Shown: piece after piece, positions 13,702 to 26,288 of the stretch
How the letters are laid out: each line of letters opens with the position of its first letter
Numbering within the stretch: position 1 is the stretch's first letter
Assembly (NCBI RefSeq): GCF_964204645.1
Contig: NC_134035.1
Location: forward strand, 1,302,001 to 1,366,000
Direction: 5' to 3'
From: Tubulanus polymorphus
Lineage: Eukaryota > Animalia > Nemertea
DNA: 64,000 nt
The notes under the pieces: model-generated
Told to the model about the DNA's origin: nothing
Seen by the model: only the letters and a program-made list of their open reading frames with translations
Database searches by the model: none
Translations under genes and position numbers: made by a program

Positions 13702-14727
13702 TCAAGTGAATTTGTGAATGTCGAACGGTATCTCAAAATTATTGCACAGATCACCGTCACACGCGCATATTTTGAACACTCCAGATGCGTCGTACGCGGT
13801 CGTCCTCAGGCATTTATCGGGGCTTATAAATCCGCATCCTCTTTTTATAAAGCTGCCAATTCCAGCTGAAAGTATATACAAACGTAGATTTCTCGTGTAA
13901 ACAGAAAACGATGAGATAGTTGTTCGAATGATGATATTGAAAGAAATCCGCTTGACAATAAATCACAGATAGTGAAATTCAAACATTAAAGTAGTTAAAT
14001 GTAACTTCAGGTCGCATAAAATCCTACTAATAGTAGGATTTTATGCGACCTGAAAGGCCAAAAAAAATTGAAACCTTGTTTCTCCGCTCTGCTGAGCTTA
14101 AATGTTGACCCGGCCGGCCGCCTATCTACCCTATACATTACTTTTTTTAAAGATCGTGATCAATTTCACCATAACAGACCCGGCCGCTATGGAAATGAAC
14201 TGTTTATGAATTTTATCATATTTTACAAAAATGACCCGGCCGCTGCGGAGAAACAAGGTATCATTTTTGTTTAGCCTAATCGTCGGGTGGTAAAGAAACG
14301 ATAAACCAGTCGCTGATAGTGTACTTAAGATGGTTAAAACTGATCGCAACGTTTACTGCCTACATAAGTGGACATTGTGACACTTACTGAATTTGGTTGT
14401 CAAACATCTAACGTCGCATTCTATCTTCTCGGCTATTTCATCCAACTTAGTCAACCTGAAGCAATCCCCTCCGTACTGTCTCTCGCGAGAATCGCAGGAA
14501 TAACAACGAACTCCTGAACCTGTGTTAAAAACAACTTGGTCTGGACACAACTAACACGCGATGGTGTTGCCTTCTCGAAGTCGATCAGAAAATTCTCAGG
14601 ACCGTATTGAGGGTGGCCACTTTCTGCCCATTATATGCAAAATTATATCACACGATTAAATAACTCGCTTCTTACCGATTCTACAACACACGCTCAGAAA
14701 TACGAGTCCTATGAATAAACCATTCAT
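13702..14727 (-). CDS. Secreted Ly6/uPAR (three-finger) protein, copy 2, ~115 aa, no GPI tail
   Basis: Exons 14727-14676, 14519-14388 and 13865-13702 give MNGLFIGLVFLSVCCRIGSG-VRCYSCDSRERQYGGDCFRLTKLDEIAEKIECDVRCLTTKFTGIGSFIKRGCGFISPDKCLRTTAYDASGVFKICACDGDLCNNFEIPFDIHKFT*. Same exon phases and 10-Cys frame as copy 1. The upstream region is also duplicated (12570-12910 vs 14757-15240). Confidence 0.9.
14055..14277. mobile_element. ~220-bp MITE with TIRs AGGC.AAAAAAAA.TGA.ACCTTGTTTCTCCGC
   Basis: Inverted termini (aaccttgtttctccgc / gcggagaaacaaggt). Related copies at ~12088-12297 and a fragment at 50275-50313. Confidence 0.8.
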
Positions 14728-15891
14728 TTTCCCGGCCGAGTTGACAGAGAGCAGAAAATATTCACCTCCAGACAAATTACATATAATCGCATCGAGTTGG
14801 GAAACATTGTGTGCAGAAAAAAATCCTAAATCGTGCCAATGTATGTTTGTTCACAACAAATTAACGCTGGTTTTAATATTTTTGTCAAGGGCAGACAAAT
14901 TACATATATATCCATTTGTTACTACATTAAGTTGGGAAAAATTATGCACAGAAAAAATCCTTTTTATTCAGCGGAAATCGCATAATGTACTTTTGTTCAT
15001 GTCCAATAAATACAAATGTCTATTTCAAACTACCAAAACTAACCGAGCTAGATATTAGTATTTTTGTCTCTTTTTTCATCGCTTAAAGTTTGTTTGTTAC
15101 TTTGTTTTCACAGATTCAAAGAAAACGAACATGAAATGTTGCGCAATCAAAAAATTTTCAGGTCTTCTTATGTCGTTGTTCGTCGTTGTAACAATGATTT
15201 ATCATGAAAGATTTTCTGATTCCTTGAATTTTCCTTGAAAGTAAAAAAGTAAATTAAAGAAAACAATTCCGCGTTCATATAATAAATTTACAACAACGCT
15301 ATTGTTTATTGCTCGGCATATTTTACAAGGGATGGTGCAATGGTCACACAATATGTAATAATATCAATTTGTATACATAAAATTTAATTCATCTGAATCA
15401 ATTCATTCAAGCAACTAACAGAATTATATTTAATAAGAGATGAGAAAACTGGTAAAGGATACCATGAAAATTTATCAAGATTCCATAAAACATCTCAAGC
15501 GACTGATCCGATAATTAAGTTTGACACTTCCGTTTTTGCAACGCTGCCGCAATTAACATGAAATAAAAACATTTTCACCGCAGCGTCTGAATATTCAACG
15601 CTTTTGAGCATCTCAAAAAAAGTTTTGGAATCTAAATCTAGGAGCGTCATTCGAGCGTACAGACTAGAATGATCTACAACCGAGATTTGAAACTTAAACG
15701 AAAATATTCTTCATTTCACGAATATCGTTCATGAGAAATGTCTCGATAATTGAAATACTGCCCGCGTCGCTTCGATACGACAAAACAACAATTTATTGTT
15801 AACGAGAAGCGTCCTCGTGCGCCTCGTTCTCCTTTATAAAACCGTAAATACCGGTCTCACTCCGAGCACGGCGTGCTTTAAACGCGAATCT

Positions 15892-18800
15892 TCAAATACT
15901 GGTCGAACGGCTGCGAGACGGTCGCGCGGAACCGTTCCCGTCGACGTTCCTCATCAGGACGCGCGGAGAACGCGATCGACTACGCGACCTCGAACCGCTG
16001 CGCGACCGCGGCGTCATCGAACGTCGCGCGTGTCTCGAACGTCGGCCCGCGCCGACGCGGTCGCGCGAATGACTCCGCGAACGACTCTTCGATCGACTGT
16101 TGCTGCGTCGGCGATGTCGGTCACGAGATCGAGACCTGGAAATAGGAAGCAAAAATAACCCGAATTTACTAAACATCACGTAGATTTTTAGGCCTTAATA
16201 AGCTTTTCCCAAAAAGTAGCACTAAGCAGGACCGAGTAGACGCGCTACAAACTGTATAAAACTTACAAGAAATATTCATTAATAGAAATAAAAGACAATT
16301 CAGCGACTGAATTGCGTAATTTTACCTGCTACGTCTGCTACCTCCACCGATTCGTCGTCTGGGAGGAGGTGAACGACCTCTTCTACCTCCTCCGCCTCCT
16401 CCCATACCTCCTCCACTACCACCTCCTCGTCGCCAGTTCGACTACAAGTAATACGTACAAAGTATCAGGTTATAATATCAGGTTTTGGCTATTTTATACC
16501 GGTTCTTCTGGTGACTAGGTATAATCTGTTTGTATCCAATTTTCCACACTTACCACCGGTCGTCTCGGGTTACCCTTCGCCCATTCGACGATGATCACCG
16601 ATCCGCAGACGTCGCGACCGTTCTCGTATTTCACGGCGTCCTGAAATAAACGTCGTTCGAACGAGTGAATAAAAATTACAGATTCTCTACTCGAGATTCA
16701 TTCGTTTCGACATTCAACACGATATGAGACAAATTATACAAAATACGTTTCTAAGGTTTAAAATAAGAGAAGTTATTTCTCGAATCGATAAAAATCTTGT
16801 ATCGGATTTCATCGAATTTAAGTTTAGCATTTAAATTGCTAGAATTAGAAGATGTTTTCGTAATGTTACATTTTTTTCTTTGTTATGTATATATAATAGT
16901 ATTAACTACAGCAGACTATTGCCAACTCGGCACTCTGGAAATTACTCGAAAAGTCGATTCGATTTCACCGCAGTATTAGAAGTAATTGAAGCGCGCCGAA
17001 GACCCGAAGCACCACCTGGTGGATACTCGCTTGCCACAGCGGCGTTTGCGTACGCGCCGAGTTGGCAAAGAGTCTACTGTAATATCGATTATTATTATTA
17101 AAGAGTAACACTGATACCTTGTTCAACACGCATACACCCGCGGCTCGGAAATCTGACCTGGTAATGGTCATGTTCGGATCACATGAACAGTAGTGGTCAG
17201 GTAGCCTGGCTGGGCGGTATTGAGGGTGGCTTTACAAGTAATGGCAATGGTATGGTGGCGTTGGCATGGTACGGCAATGGTAATGGCGGTGTGTGTGTCG
17301 ACTATGGCGTATTATTGTCGTAGGCTGATGACGACTGATACGGACTGGCGATGGTTTGAAACTGTGGGGCAGTCAGTAACATAATAACAATTAATAAAAA
17401 TATCACATTATATGAAAAAATTACTCATAGATATTAAATATATGAAAATTATTCGCAGTCAAACTCGCTGAAGTCGTCTGTTTATGTTTGAGTCCCAATT
17501 CACTAATTCATCGATTTAGATCCCGGGCTCTTCACTTCTTAGAGTAACATCTATGGAAGGACATACAAAACAACCTTTTCAACTAAAAAAGAATCACGGA
17601 GCCACTTTCAAAAACCCCTTTTTCTCGGATTTCTAGAACCTAGGTTATATCTCATTTCTAACCCCTTAAATTCTTTGAGATTTTGGGAACGTGTATCTGC
17701 GCCCTACTTAGTAGCAGAGAACTGAAGGGCCCGGGAGTTGGATGGATATAAAAATCGTCCCAATTATGACGACTTAGCGAGTTTCACTTTCGGCACAAGA
17801 GAAAATTTGCTTTACGATTCGACAAATCGACGAGCAATTCTGCTAGACGCGTAAACGAAAGTAAATTCATAATCGATTTCATCAAATATTTTGGACGACG
17901 TCAACGCGAAGTTTCGACCGAATGAATTTCATCACAACTCGTTTTTCCCATTTTAAGTAGAATATGAAATTGAAAAATAGCGTCCTTTAAAAATGTAGTC
18001 GAAACGTCGCGATGATTTTGTCATAAACAAGTCACATTGAGAAGAGACCGTACGAACGGTCAATTGTATAAAGCATCGATATTCGTTCGTTCATTTAGTT
18101 TTTTTTTTTTTTAATTTAAGCTCAAAGAAAGTTTTATATCGAAGTACGAACCTCGGCATCGCGACGATCTTCGAAGTCTACAAACGCGTAAGCTGAAAAT
18201 AAACGAGGTTTAAGTCGATGTTTGGTATCCGCAGCCGAGATTTTTGGGACGCGGGGGAGGGTGGAGGAACTCCTAATTGCGGCATTGATTCATCTTTTTA
18301 TAACTCACCCATTTCAGCACCTAAAAAATAGAAAACACAAAAACAATTTATAGTAAGGGTCTTAAAGATTTCGGTCGGACGTAGGTCTACAAGTGGAATC
18401 ATATCTCCTGCTAGCAGACCCTGTGGATCATCACTTGTCACAAGTGGAATCCTCTATCGCCACAGTAGGCGATGTCCTACTGGACATAAGCAGACCCTGT
18501 GGATCATTACTTTGTCATAAGCGGAATCCTCTATTGCCACAGTAGGCGATGTCCTAGTTGATATTCTATCGCACACTAAGCATCGATAGCATACCTAATG
18601 GATACTTACCAGACGAGGTGTGGCCTTACATCCCATGAGGATTTTTTGTGATTCTACTAGATAAATAATAATGAGCTTGCCTTAAGTGTCTGGAAGATTC
18701 CATCTGTAAAGACCTACCCAAGAGTGTCAGAACTCATAATTAGGCCTATCTCTCCTGGACACAGCACTGCTTTCACTAGTTGCTGCGCGCGCTGGCCCCT

Positions 18801-19106
18801 TCCCTCTCGACCTCCTTGGAGGATGGTGGCTATACAGCAATGTAAATATACGTTGAAGGATTATTAGGCCTAGGTAAGGGTCAGCTTTAGCTCATAAGAG
18901 AGCCAGGGAACTAAAAAAACAGCGGGACGGGGTGGGTTGAGTGAGACGCAGTTTATCGAATGTTTCATACTTCAAAACGTACCGTATTTGATGTCACAAC
19001 GGGTAATGTGTCCATATTTCTCAAATATCTCCTCTAGATCACGAGTACACGTATCTTTACTGAGACGCCCTACAAATAAAGCTCCTTCACTTCGACTACG
19101 CGACAT
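15892..19106 (-). CDS. Serine/arginine-rich splicing factor (single RRM, Gly-rich linker, RS domain; SRSF3/7-like), 207 aa
   Basis: Exons 19106-18983, 18320-18309 (12-nt microexon), 18192-18152, 16640-16554, 16441-16326 and 16135-15892 join in frame: MSRSRSEGALFVGRLSKDTCTRDLEEIFEKYGHITRCDIKYGAEMAYAFVDFEDRRDAEDAVKYENGRDVCGSVIIVEWAKGNPRRPVSNWRRGGG...RSRSRSRSPR... RNP2 is LFVGRL and RNP1 is AYAFVDF. Confidence 0.93.
17118..17361 (-). other. Candidate poison (PTC-containing) cassette exon of the SR gene
   Basis: Branch-point-like TACTGAC at 17378-17372, acceptor CACAG| at 17362, in-frame TAG after 19 codons at 17304-17302, and donors CAG|GTCAGA (17157) and AAG|GTATCA (17117). The CCA/ACC-rich composition differs from the surrounding intron. 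Confidence 0.65.
18385..18560. repeat. ~74-bp degenerate direct repeats in SR gene intron 1
   Basis: agcagaccctgtggatca...ggaatcctctat.gccacagtaggcgatgtccta occurs twice, plus a partial copy. Confidence 0.7.
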
Positions 19107-19556
19107 TTTGTTACGACGACGGATTTCAATTCAATTTACTTTATTGTTATTAAGCCAAGGCACAAAACAAAGTGAAAACCGTTTCTATTATATAAACGGC
19201 TTGAGACTTATTTCTTAGATGAGATTCTTTATCGGATAAGCTTGGAATTAAGCGTTTGAAAGAATAATTCTAATACGGGCAAGCCACACTCGACCGTTCG
19301 GTGCTGCCCCTATGTATAACGATAGCGGGATAAATGTGAACTAATAAATTACTCGCTTGCCAGAGTCTTTGAACTGGTGTAATGGACAAACTATTTACCG
19401 ACAGGCGGGCCGGACTCAGGGGAAATTCTTGAAGCATAGATGAACTATACGACTGACATTTCCAATTAAGTAGGTATAGTTCATCATTAGTTATAGTACT
19501 TCAATATTATCCATAGATCTATTTTTTATCAAATAGTTCTAGATGTAACTACTTTA

Positions 19557-19800
19557 GCCCTAAACCGGCAAGTGCTGCCACTATACTAAACGGTAGCGGT
19601 GAAATGTGAACTAACTTTTAGACTGGTTGCCTGTTCTATCGGTAACCAGTCTAACTAACTTTATACTCGCATGCCGCAGTAAACTAGACCACCAGTTGAG
19701 TTTACTTCTCGTATTTACCGCTACCGTAATCATTAGCGGCAGCACTTGACGGTTAGGCCGGGATCTGACAAGCTTGCGGCAAGCTTGTCAGATCCTAACC
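19557..19800. mobile_element. Inverted-repeat element plus perfect 35-bp hairpin in the divergent SR/Ly6-3 promoter interval
   Basis: aaccggcaagtgctgcc..acggtagcggt pairs with accgctaccgt..ggcagcacttgacggtt. ggatctgacaagcttgc-g-gcaagcttgtcagatcc lies at 19761-19795. Confidence 0.65.
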
Positions 19801-20020
19801 GCGATTTTATCATTCTCGGCAGCGATTTCGCATGTTTCAACTCTATGTCGTTCTTTTGTCTCAATTCCATCAACGGCAAACTGTATCTAGGGGTTATCCA
19901 GGTTATCTTTCCAGTTTTTGATAGTTAAAGCCAACACAAATACCGCCGTCCATTAACATCGTTAATCATCTTCTAGCGACTCATTATTTCACTGTTTATA
20001 CAATGAATGATGAAATGATT

Positions 20021-20905
20021 ATGAACTATCCAATACGCTCACTGGTTATCAAGTTTTTACTGATGATTTGTTATTGCAAACTCGGTACGGCTGAAAAATG
20101 CACGTCGTTTTAGTGGTTTCCGTGTTGGTTTTATGTGGAATAAACGTGGGTGAGTAGAAACTTCAATTAGTTTAATTTCGAGTATTAAGAAATTTCAAAA
20201 TAAGATGTCTGTATGAAAAAATACAAGACGTAGAAAATCCCACCACAAATGCAGAAAAGGCGAAGATTCTGTAGTAAATTTAGAGGGGTCTAGGCGGTGT
20301 CCGTGGGGGTCCGGCCAGACCCCTAAGATTTCGAAATGCATTAAGAATTCCATCCGGAGCTTTCGGCGGGCGGCAATCAAACCCTGGAAAGCGAGGATGC
20401 TTAAAACGCTAGAATTTAGGATTATTTTCTGTTCAAAAATTCTAATCTACGCCGATAATGAATTCAGACGTAGAAAATTCGAAGATAAAACAGAACATTC
20501 ATTATTATGTGTAAAACTTTCCTATGACAGCTGCGGGTGTGGAATGTTACCGATGCGCTTCCACGCGAACTGAATACGGAATCAACTGCTGGAAAGGCGA
20601 CAAATTGGACAAAATTGCAAAAAAAGTTTCATGTCGTTACAAGTGCCTGACGATCTATGCAACGATGGGTAAATATATCTTCTTCATATTCAATGCATAG
20701 GGAAAAACCTGCTTGGTTTTGGTACCTGAGACCCCATTTTGTAATTGGTGTTGTTTTGTTCGTTTCAGTATCGGGTGAACGGCATATCCTTCGAGGCTGC
20801 GGGGGTAGCATTCTTCATCCCAACTGCAGAGAAATGACCGGCTCAAAAGGGGACACGCTTAATTTCTGTACCTGCATTGGACACCTCTGTAATAACTCTA
20901 GCTAA
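20021..20905 (+). CDS. Secreted Ly6/uPAR (three-finger) protein, copy 3, no GPI tail
   Basis: Exons 20021-20084 (in-frame upstream ATGs from 20003), 20531-20668 and 20769-20905 give MNYPIRSLVIKFLLMICYCKLAAG-VECYRCASTRTEYGINCWKGDKLDKIAKKVSCRYKCLTIYATMVSGERHILRGCGGSILHPNCREMTGSKGDTLNFCTCIGHLCNNSS*. It has 10 Cys and the same intron phases. AATAAA lies at 21157. Confidence 0.9.
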
Positions 20906-21267
20906 TTCTATACATAGATGATGCAAATGCATATTCTTTGCATATTTTGTGAATACGCGTATTTTCAGACATTTGTGTCTAGCCTGCATACGTTTGTATA
21001 AATATGTCTATATGTCAATAAATATGCTTGAACTCTGACTAACGTGTTTACCATATACTTGTATATGTCAGCGTGGTAGATTACCCCGGACTTTCGTGGT
21101 ATTTTGTAATGAACAAAGAGATAATTGATGAAAACTACCGCGATACAATTCATGTAAATAAATGCTGCAATAATTTCATATTACAAACCTAGATATGGGA
21201 ATGTTGCAACTGCGAGCGAAGCGTCCTAGCATTTACGAGCCTTACATCGCCAGCGAAACCATTGGAA

Positions 21268-21918
21268 ATGTATCGTTTTGTGGCATCGCTGCTGTTCTTC
21301 GCGTCTTTAGCCTGCAATGGCGTGGTTAAATCGGGGAAGCCGAGGACGCCTCGTTGCGAGCCGATTACAACCACGATGTGCCCGACGAGACTTTACAACA
21401 TGACCATACTTCCGAACCTTCCCGGAGAGACGACTCAACAGCAGGCTGTAGCCGCGATGGAGAGGTACTATCCGCTGGTGGGAGGCGGTTGTGGCCAGCA
21501 GTTCAGGTGGTTGTTATGTACGTGGTATTTGCCGGTTTGCACCGTGTTGGAAGACCCGATACCGCCGTGTGAAACTCTCTGTTTAATAGCCAAACAACGA
21601 TGCGAACCGATTATGAATAATTTCGGATTCAGTTGGTCGGATCTAGGCATAGACTGCGCGAAATTGCCTCCAAGCGGACTGTGCGTGAATAAACTGGACG
21701 CGGCTCAGATGAAGAAGATGGGACAGAGTTCCGAACCGCAGCATAAACCTAGCCCGGAACCGCAGCCGACCACGACACCTCGCCCGCCCGCTTATAGACG
21801 AGGAGGTCTTCTGAATTTGAAGACATACGCCGATACTAGAATCAACCAAGCTGTTCGTACGTTGAAAAATCTACGCAAAAGCATTGACGATAAAATCAGA
21901 AAATTGATGAAGGAATAA
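21268..21918 (+). CDS. Secreted stand-alone Frizzled cysteine-rich-domain protein (signal peptide, FZ CRD, Pro-rich linker, basic coiled-coil tail), 216 aa
   Basis: First ATG at 21268 (the ORF-track start is TTG). CEPITTTMC..YNMTILPN..YYPLV...C....RWLLC..YLPVC......PPCETLC.....CEPIMNNFGFSW...DC.KLP...LC is the 10-Cys FZ pattern. No TM segments or netrin domain. Coding region is intronless. Confidence 0.92.
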   Translation: MYRFVASLLFFASLACNGVVKSGKPRTPRCEPITTTMCPTRLYNMTILPNLPGETTQQQAVAAMERYYPLVGGGCGQQFRWLLCTWYLPVCTVLEDPIPPCETLCLIAKQRCEPIMNNFGFSWSDLGIDCAKLPPSGLCVNKLDAAQMKKMGQSSEPQHKPSPEPQPTTTPRPPAYRRGGLLNLKTYADTRINQAVRTLKNLRKSIDDKIRKLMKE

Positions 21919-22148
21919 ACACGAAATTCGTAACATTTTTGGTCGTAAGATTTGCATGAAATACTAAATCTTAAATAAATACTAAGACTATTTATAATTC
22001 AGAAAACAATACAATTAATTTATCTACAGTTCAATTTCTTTTCTCTTTGAGAGAAACGTTGCTAAAAGTGAACGAAACAAACTTTTCTGTCTGATAAGCA
22101 AAATTATTATATATCAAATTAACACGGTGAATAAACTCAGATAGCCAA

Positions 22149-23890
<1,742 letters not shown>

Positions 23891-25304
23891 GACGACAAGA
23901 AGAAGACCGATGAATGGCTATGTGAAGTATTCTCTATGAAGCACCCCCGACCCATTAGGGCCAGACGATAAAAGCATTCATTTTAACTACCGATAAATAT
24001 TGCTGCAGTTACCATTAAGATAAATAACTATAATCAGCAATAAGATAAAACAGATAATTTATGTGCAACAATTTGAGAAAGATTGATCAACAACGCGCTA
24101 ACAAGTACTGTGGTGGAATTGAAATACGACTGAATTTTATTGCATACAAATATGACAGTTTTCACAATGAATTTTCGGGTATTTTGAATGCCGTGCAGGC
24201 GATCCATATTGATGCATATTGATGTAAGGGTCTGCACGAAAAATTTCCTTCGAATCTAGAGGCTTTTTTAACCAAACAATCTTCATTTGACGACCTATTA
24301 AACGATCCTGATGTTCCGTCAGGTTCCAGTGAGTTTCACTTAAATTTCCAACTATTCCCTGTGCCCCTACTATTCCTATGTCCTAACTGTTTCCAGTGTC
24401 CTAACTATTTATATTTTCTTAACTATTCATAGTGCTTCAAATATATTCATAGTGATCCAACTATTCAAGTGCTCTATATTCAAAGTGTCCTTCACCGGTA
24501 TCTATTCGTTCCGCAGTGGAAATTTTGTCATTTCAAATAAATTCAGGCTATAACTAAAATGAAAACACCGATTCTTTTTTAACATCAGTGAACTATCTAT
24601 CTATCTATCATAGTCCATATTGTTCAATCTAATCTAATGTAATCTAATTTGCAGCGTAGTGTCACTGATGTGGCCGGCGTCAAACACGCAGCACACGGGG
24701 TTTCAATGGCGCTCAATATGAAGCCAAACAAATTGAACTAACGACTGGTGAACCATATCAATGGTTGACTCATTCATTCGTTGATTTCATAGTCGAAAGA
24801 GCTGACTGGTCATTGTCAGTATATATTACAAAGTGTTTATGGTAAACTACGAGAATATCTGGCCGGAAAGCTGTGACGCGTTCTCGGTTATTTGTAGTTG
24901 CTGTTTTTTAACTCTCCCTTTTAAACATCTTATTGAAAATACTGTTTATCGTGTTTGCTATTTTTCTGACGATGAGATTAAGTTAGAATATCAAAACGTT
25001 AGAACAATATTAAATGTACGTAATCATGAATTATCTATTACGATCAATTCATTGTAGGTTCATTTATCGACGAATTTAAAGTGGGTTCGTTTGTCGACTG
25101 GAAAGCTCTGTAGGCCCTAAACTCTGAAAAGAGTGATTACTAGAAATGGTGTCTTCTCGATACTTTCCTGGCAATCGCGGTCTTGGAGAGGTAATTAACG
25201 GTTATAACGGTTAAAAAAGAAAAAGAAAAACAACCCTATGCCCAACGACGATATGACAACGATTAATTATTTTATTCAAAGTCGATGAAAGAATATTCGT
25301 TTAT

Positions 25305-26288
25305 TCATTTGCTCATTTTTTTTACCCACGGCGCGGAGGCCGTCGTTCTCAAATCGTTGCGGAAATTCCGACTACACAAAAAAATGAAACCGTTCACGAC
25401 GAAGTTCGCATTTTTCAACACGACCGAAACGGAGTTGCAAACGATGACGAATAATCCATACGACAGGTTGTCGCAATGCGTAAGGTAGTACATAGTAGTC
25501 TGAGCGGGATGACCGCGCTCTAACAACAGCAGTTGCGTCAAACAGTTAAAAAACGCAAGCAACAGAAACGACGCCGCCGTCGACACGACTAGAATAGTGA
25601 TCTTTTTAGCGGTGGCTTGTTTGGCGGCGCCGGTCGCCGGACCGTTCCGTACTCCAGCTATTATAAACGCGTTAGCCACTGAGATTAGCACGATCGGTAA
25701 GTACAACGACAATACGTTATTCGCGTAGAAAAAGAACCTTCCGGCAAAAATGCTCTCGACTCGGCAGTTGGTCCACGTGCCCATGAACGCGTTGGGAAGA
25801 TGGAAAGCCGACCATACGACGTGGAAGATAACGAACACGCAGGTTATAGCTATCAGCGCCGTGCGGGCTCGGCCTACGGTGCATAGACGCGCCGCTCGTA
25901 AAGGTGCGGAGACGGCGATCGCCCGATCGAGCGTCATCAGCACCAGAATCCACACGGCTATCTGCGCCGGGCAATTCGTGTGGAAGACCTTGAAGAAACA
26001 CATAGCTCTGTCGAATTGAAGGCGATAATAGTCCATCAAATAGGGCACTTCTATCGATACGATAGCGTAGAGGTCGGCCACGCCCAGCACGAGCATGTAA
26101 AAATGACTGGCGCTCGACGCCGCCTTTTTACAAGTTCCCAAAACGACGACTACAAAACTGATGAAACTGAGAATCGGAAATAGATACGCCGTGTATAAAT
26201 TCAGGTTGACTGTGATGATCGACAACCAGCCGTATCGAACCATGAAACACATCGGTTCCGTCGTCTGGTTACTGCCCGCATCAGCCAT
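25305..26288 (-). CDS. Divergent class A (rhodopsin-like) orphan GPCR, single coding exon, 327 aa
   Basis: Seven hydrophobic segments. TM2 YMLVLGVADL; TM3 WILVLMTLDRAIAVSAPLRAARLCT resembles the invertebrate peptide-receptor-like/orphan expansion; C-terminal LCSRNFR. A probable 5'-UTR intron runs from the donor at 26651 to the acceptor at 26301. Confidence 0.88.
   Translation of the reverse strand: MADAGSNQTTEPMCFMVRYGWLSIITVNLNLYTAYLFPILSFISFVVVVLGTCKKAASSASHFYMLVLGVADLYAIVSIEVPYLMDYYRLQFDRAMCFFKVFHTNCPAQIAVWILVLMTLDRAIAVSAPLRAARLCTVGRARTALIAITCVFVIFHVVWSAFHLPNAFMGTWTNCRVESIFAGRFFFYANNVLSLYLPIVLISVANAFIIAGVRNGPATGAAKQATAKKITILVVSTAASFLLLAFFNCLTQLLLLERGHPAQTTMYYLTHCDNLSYGLFVIVCNSVSVVLKNANFVVNGFIFLCSRNFRNDLRTTASAPWVKKMSK

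Noticed and set aside
15796-16158. 120-aa plus-strand Arg/Thr-rich ORF
   Set aside because: Antisense shadow of the RS-domain exon.
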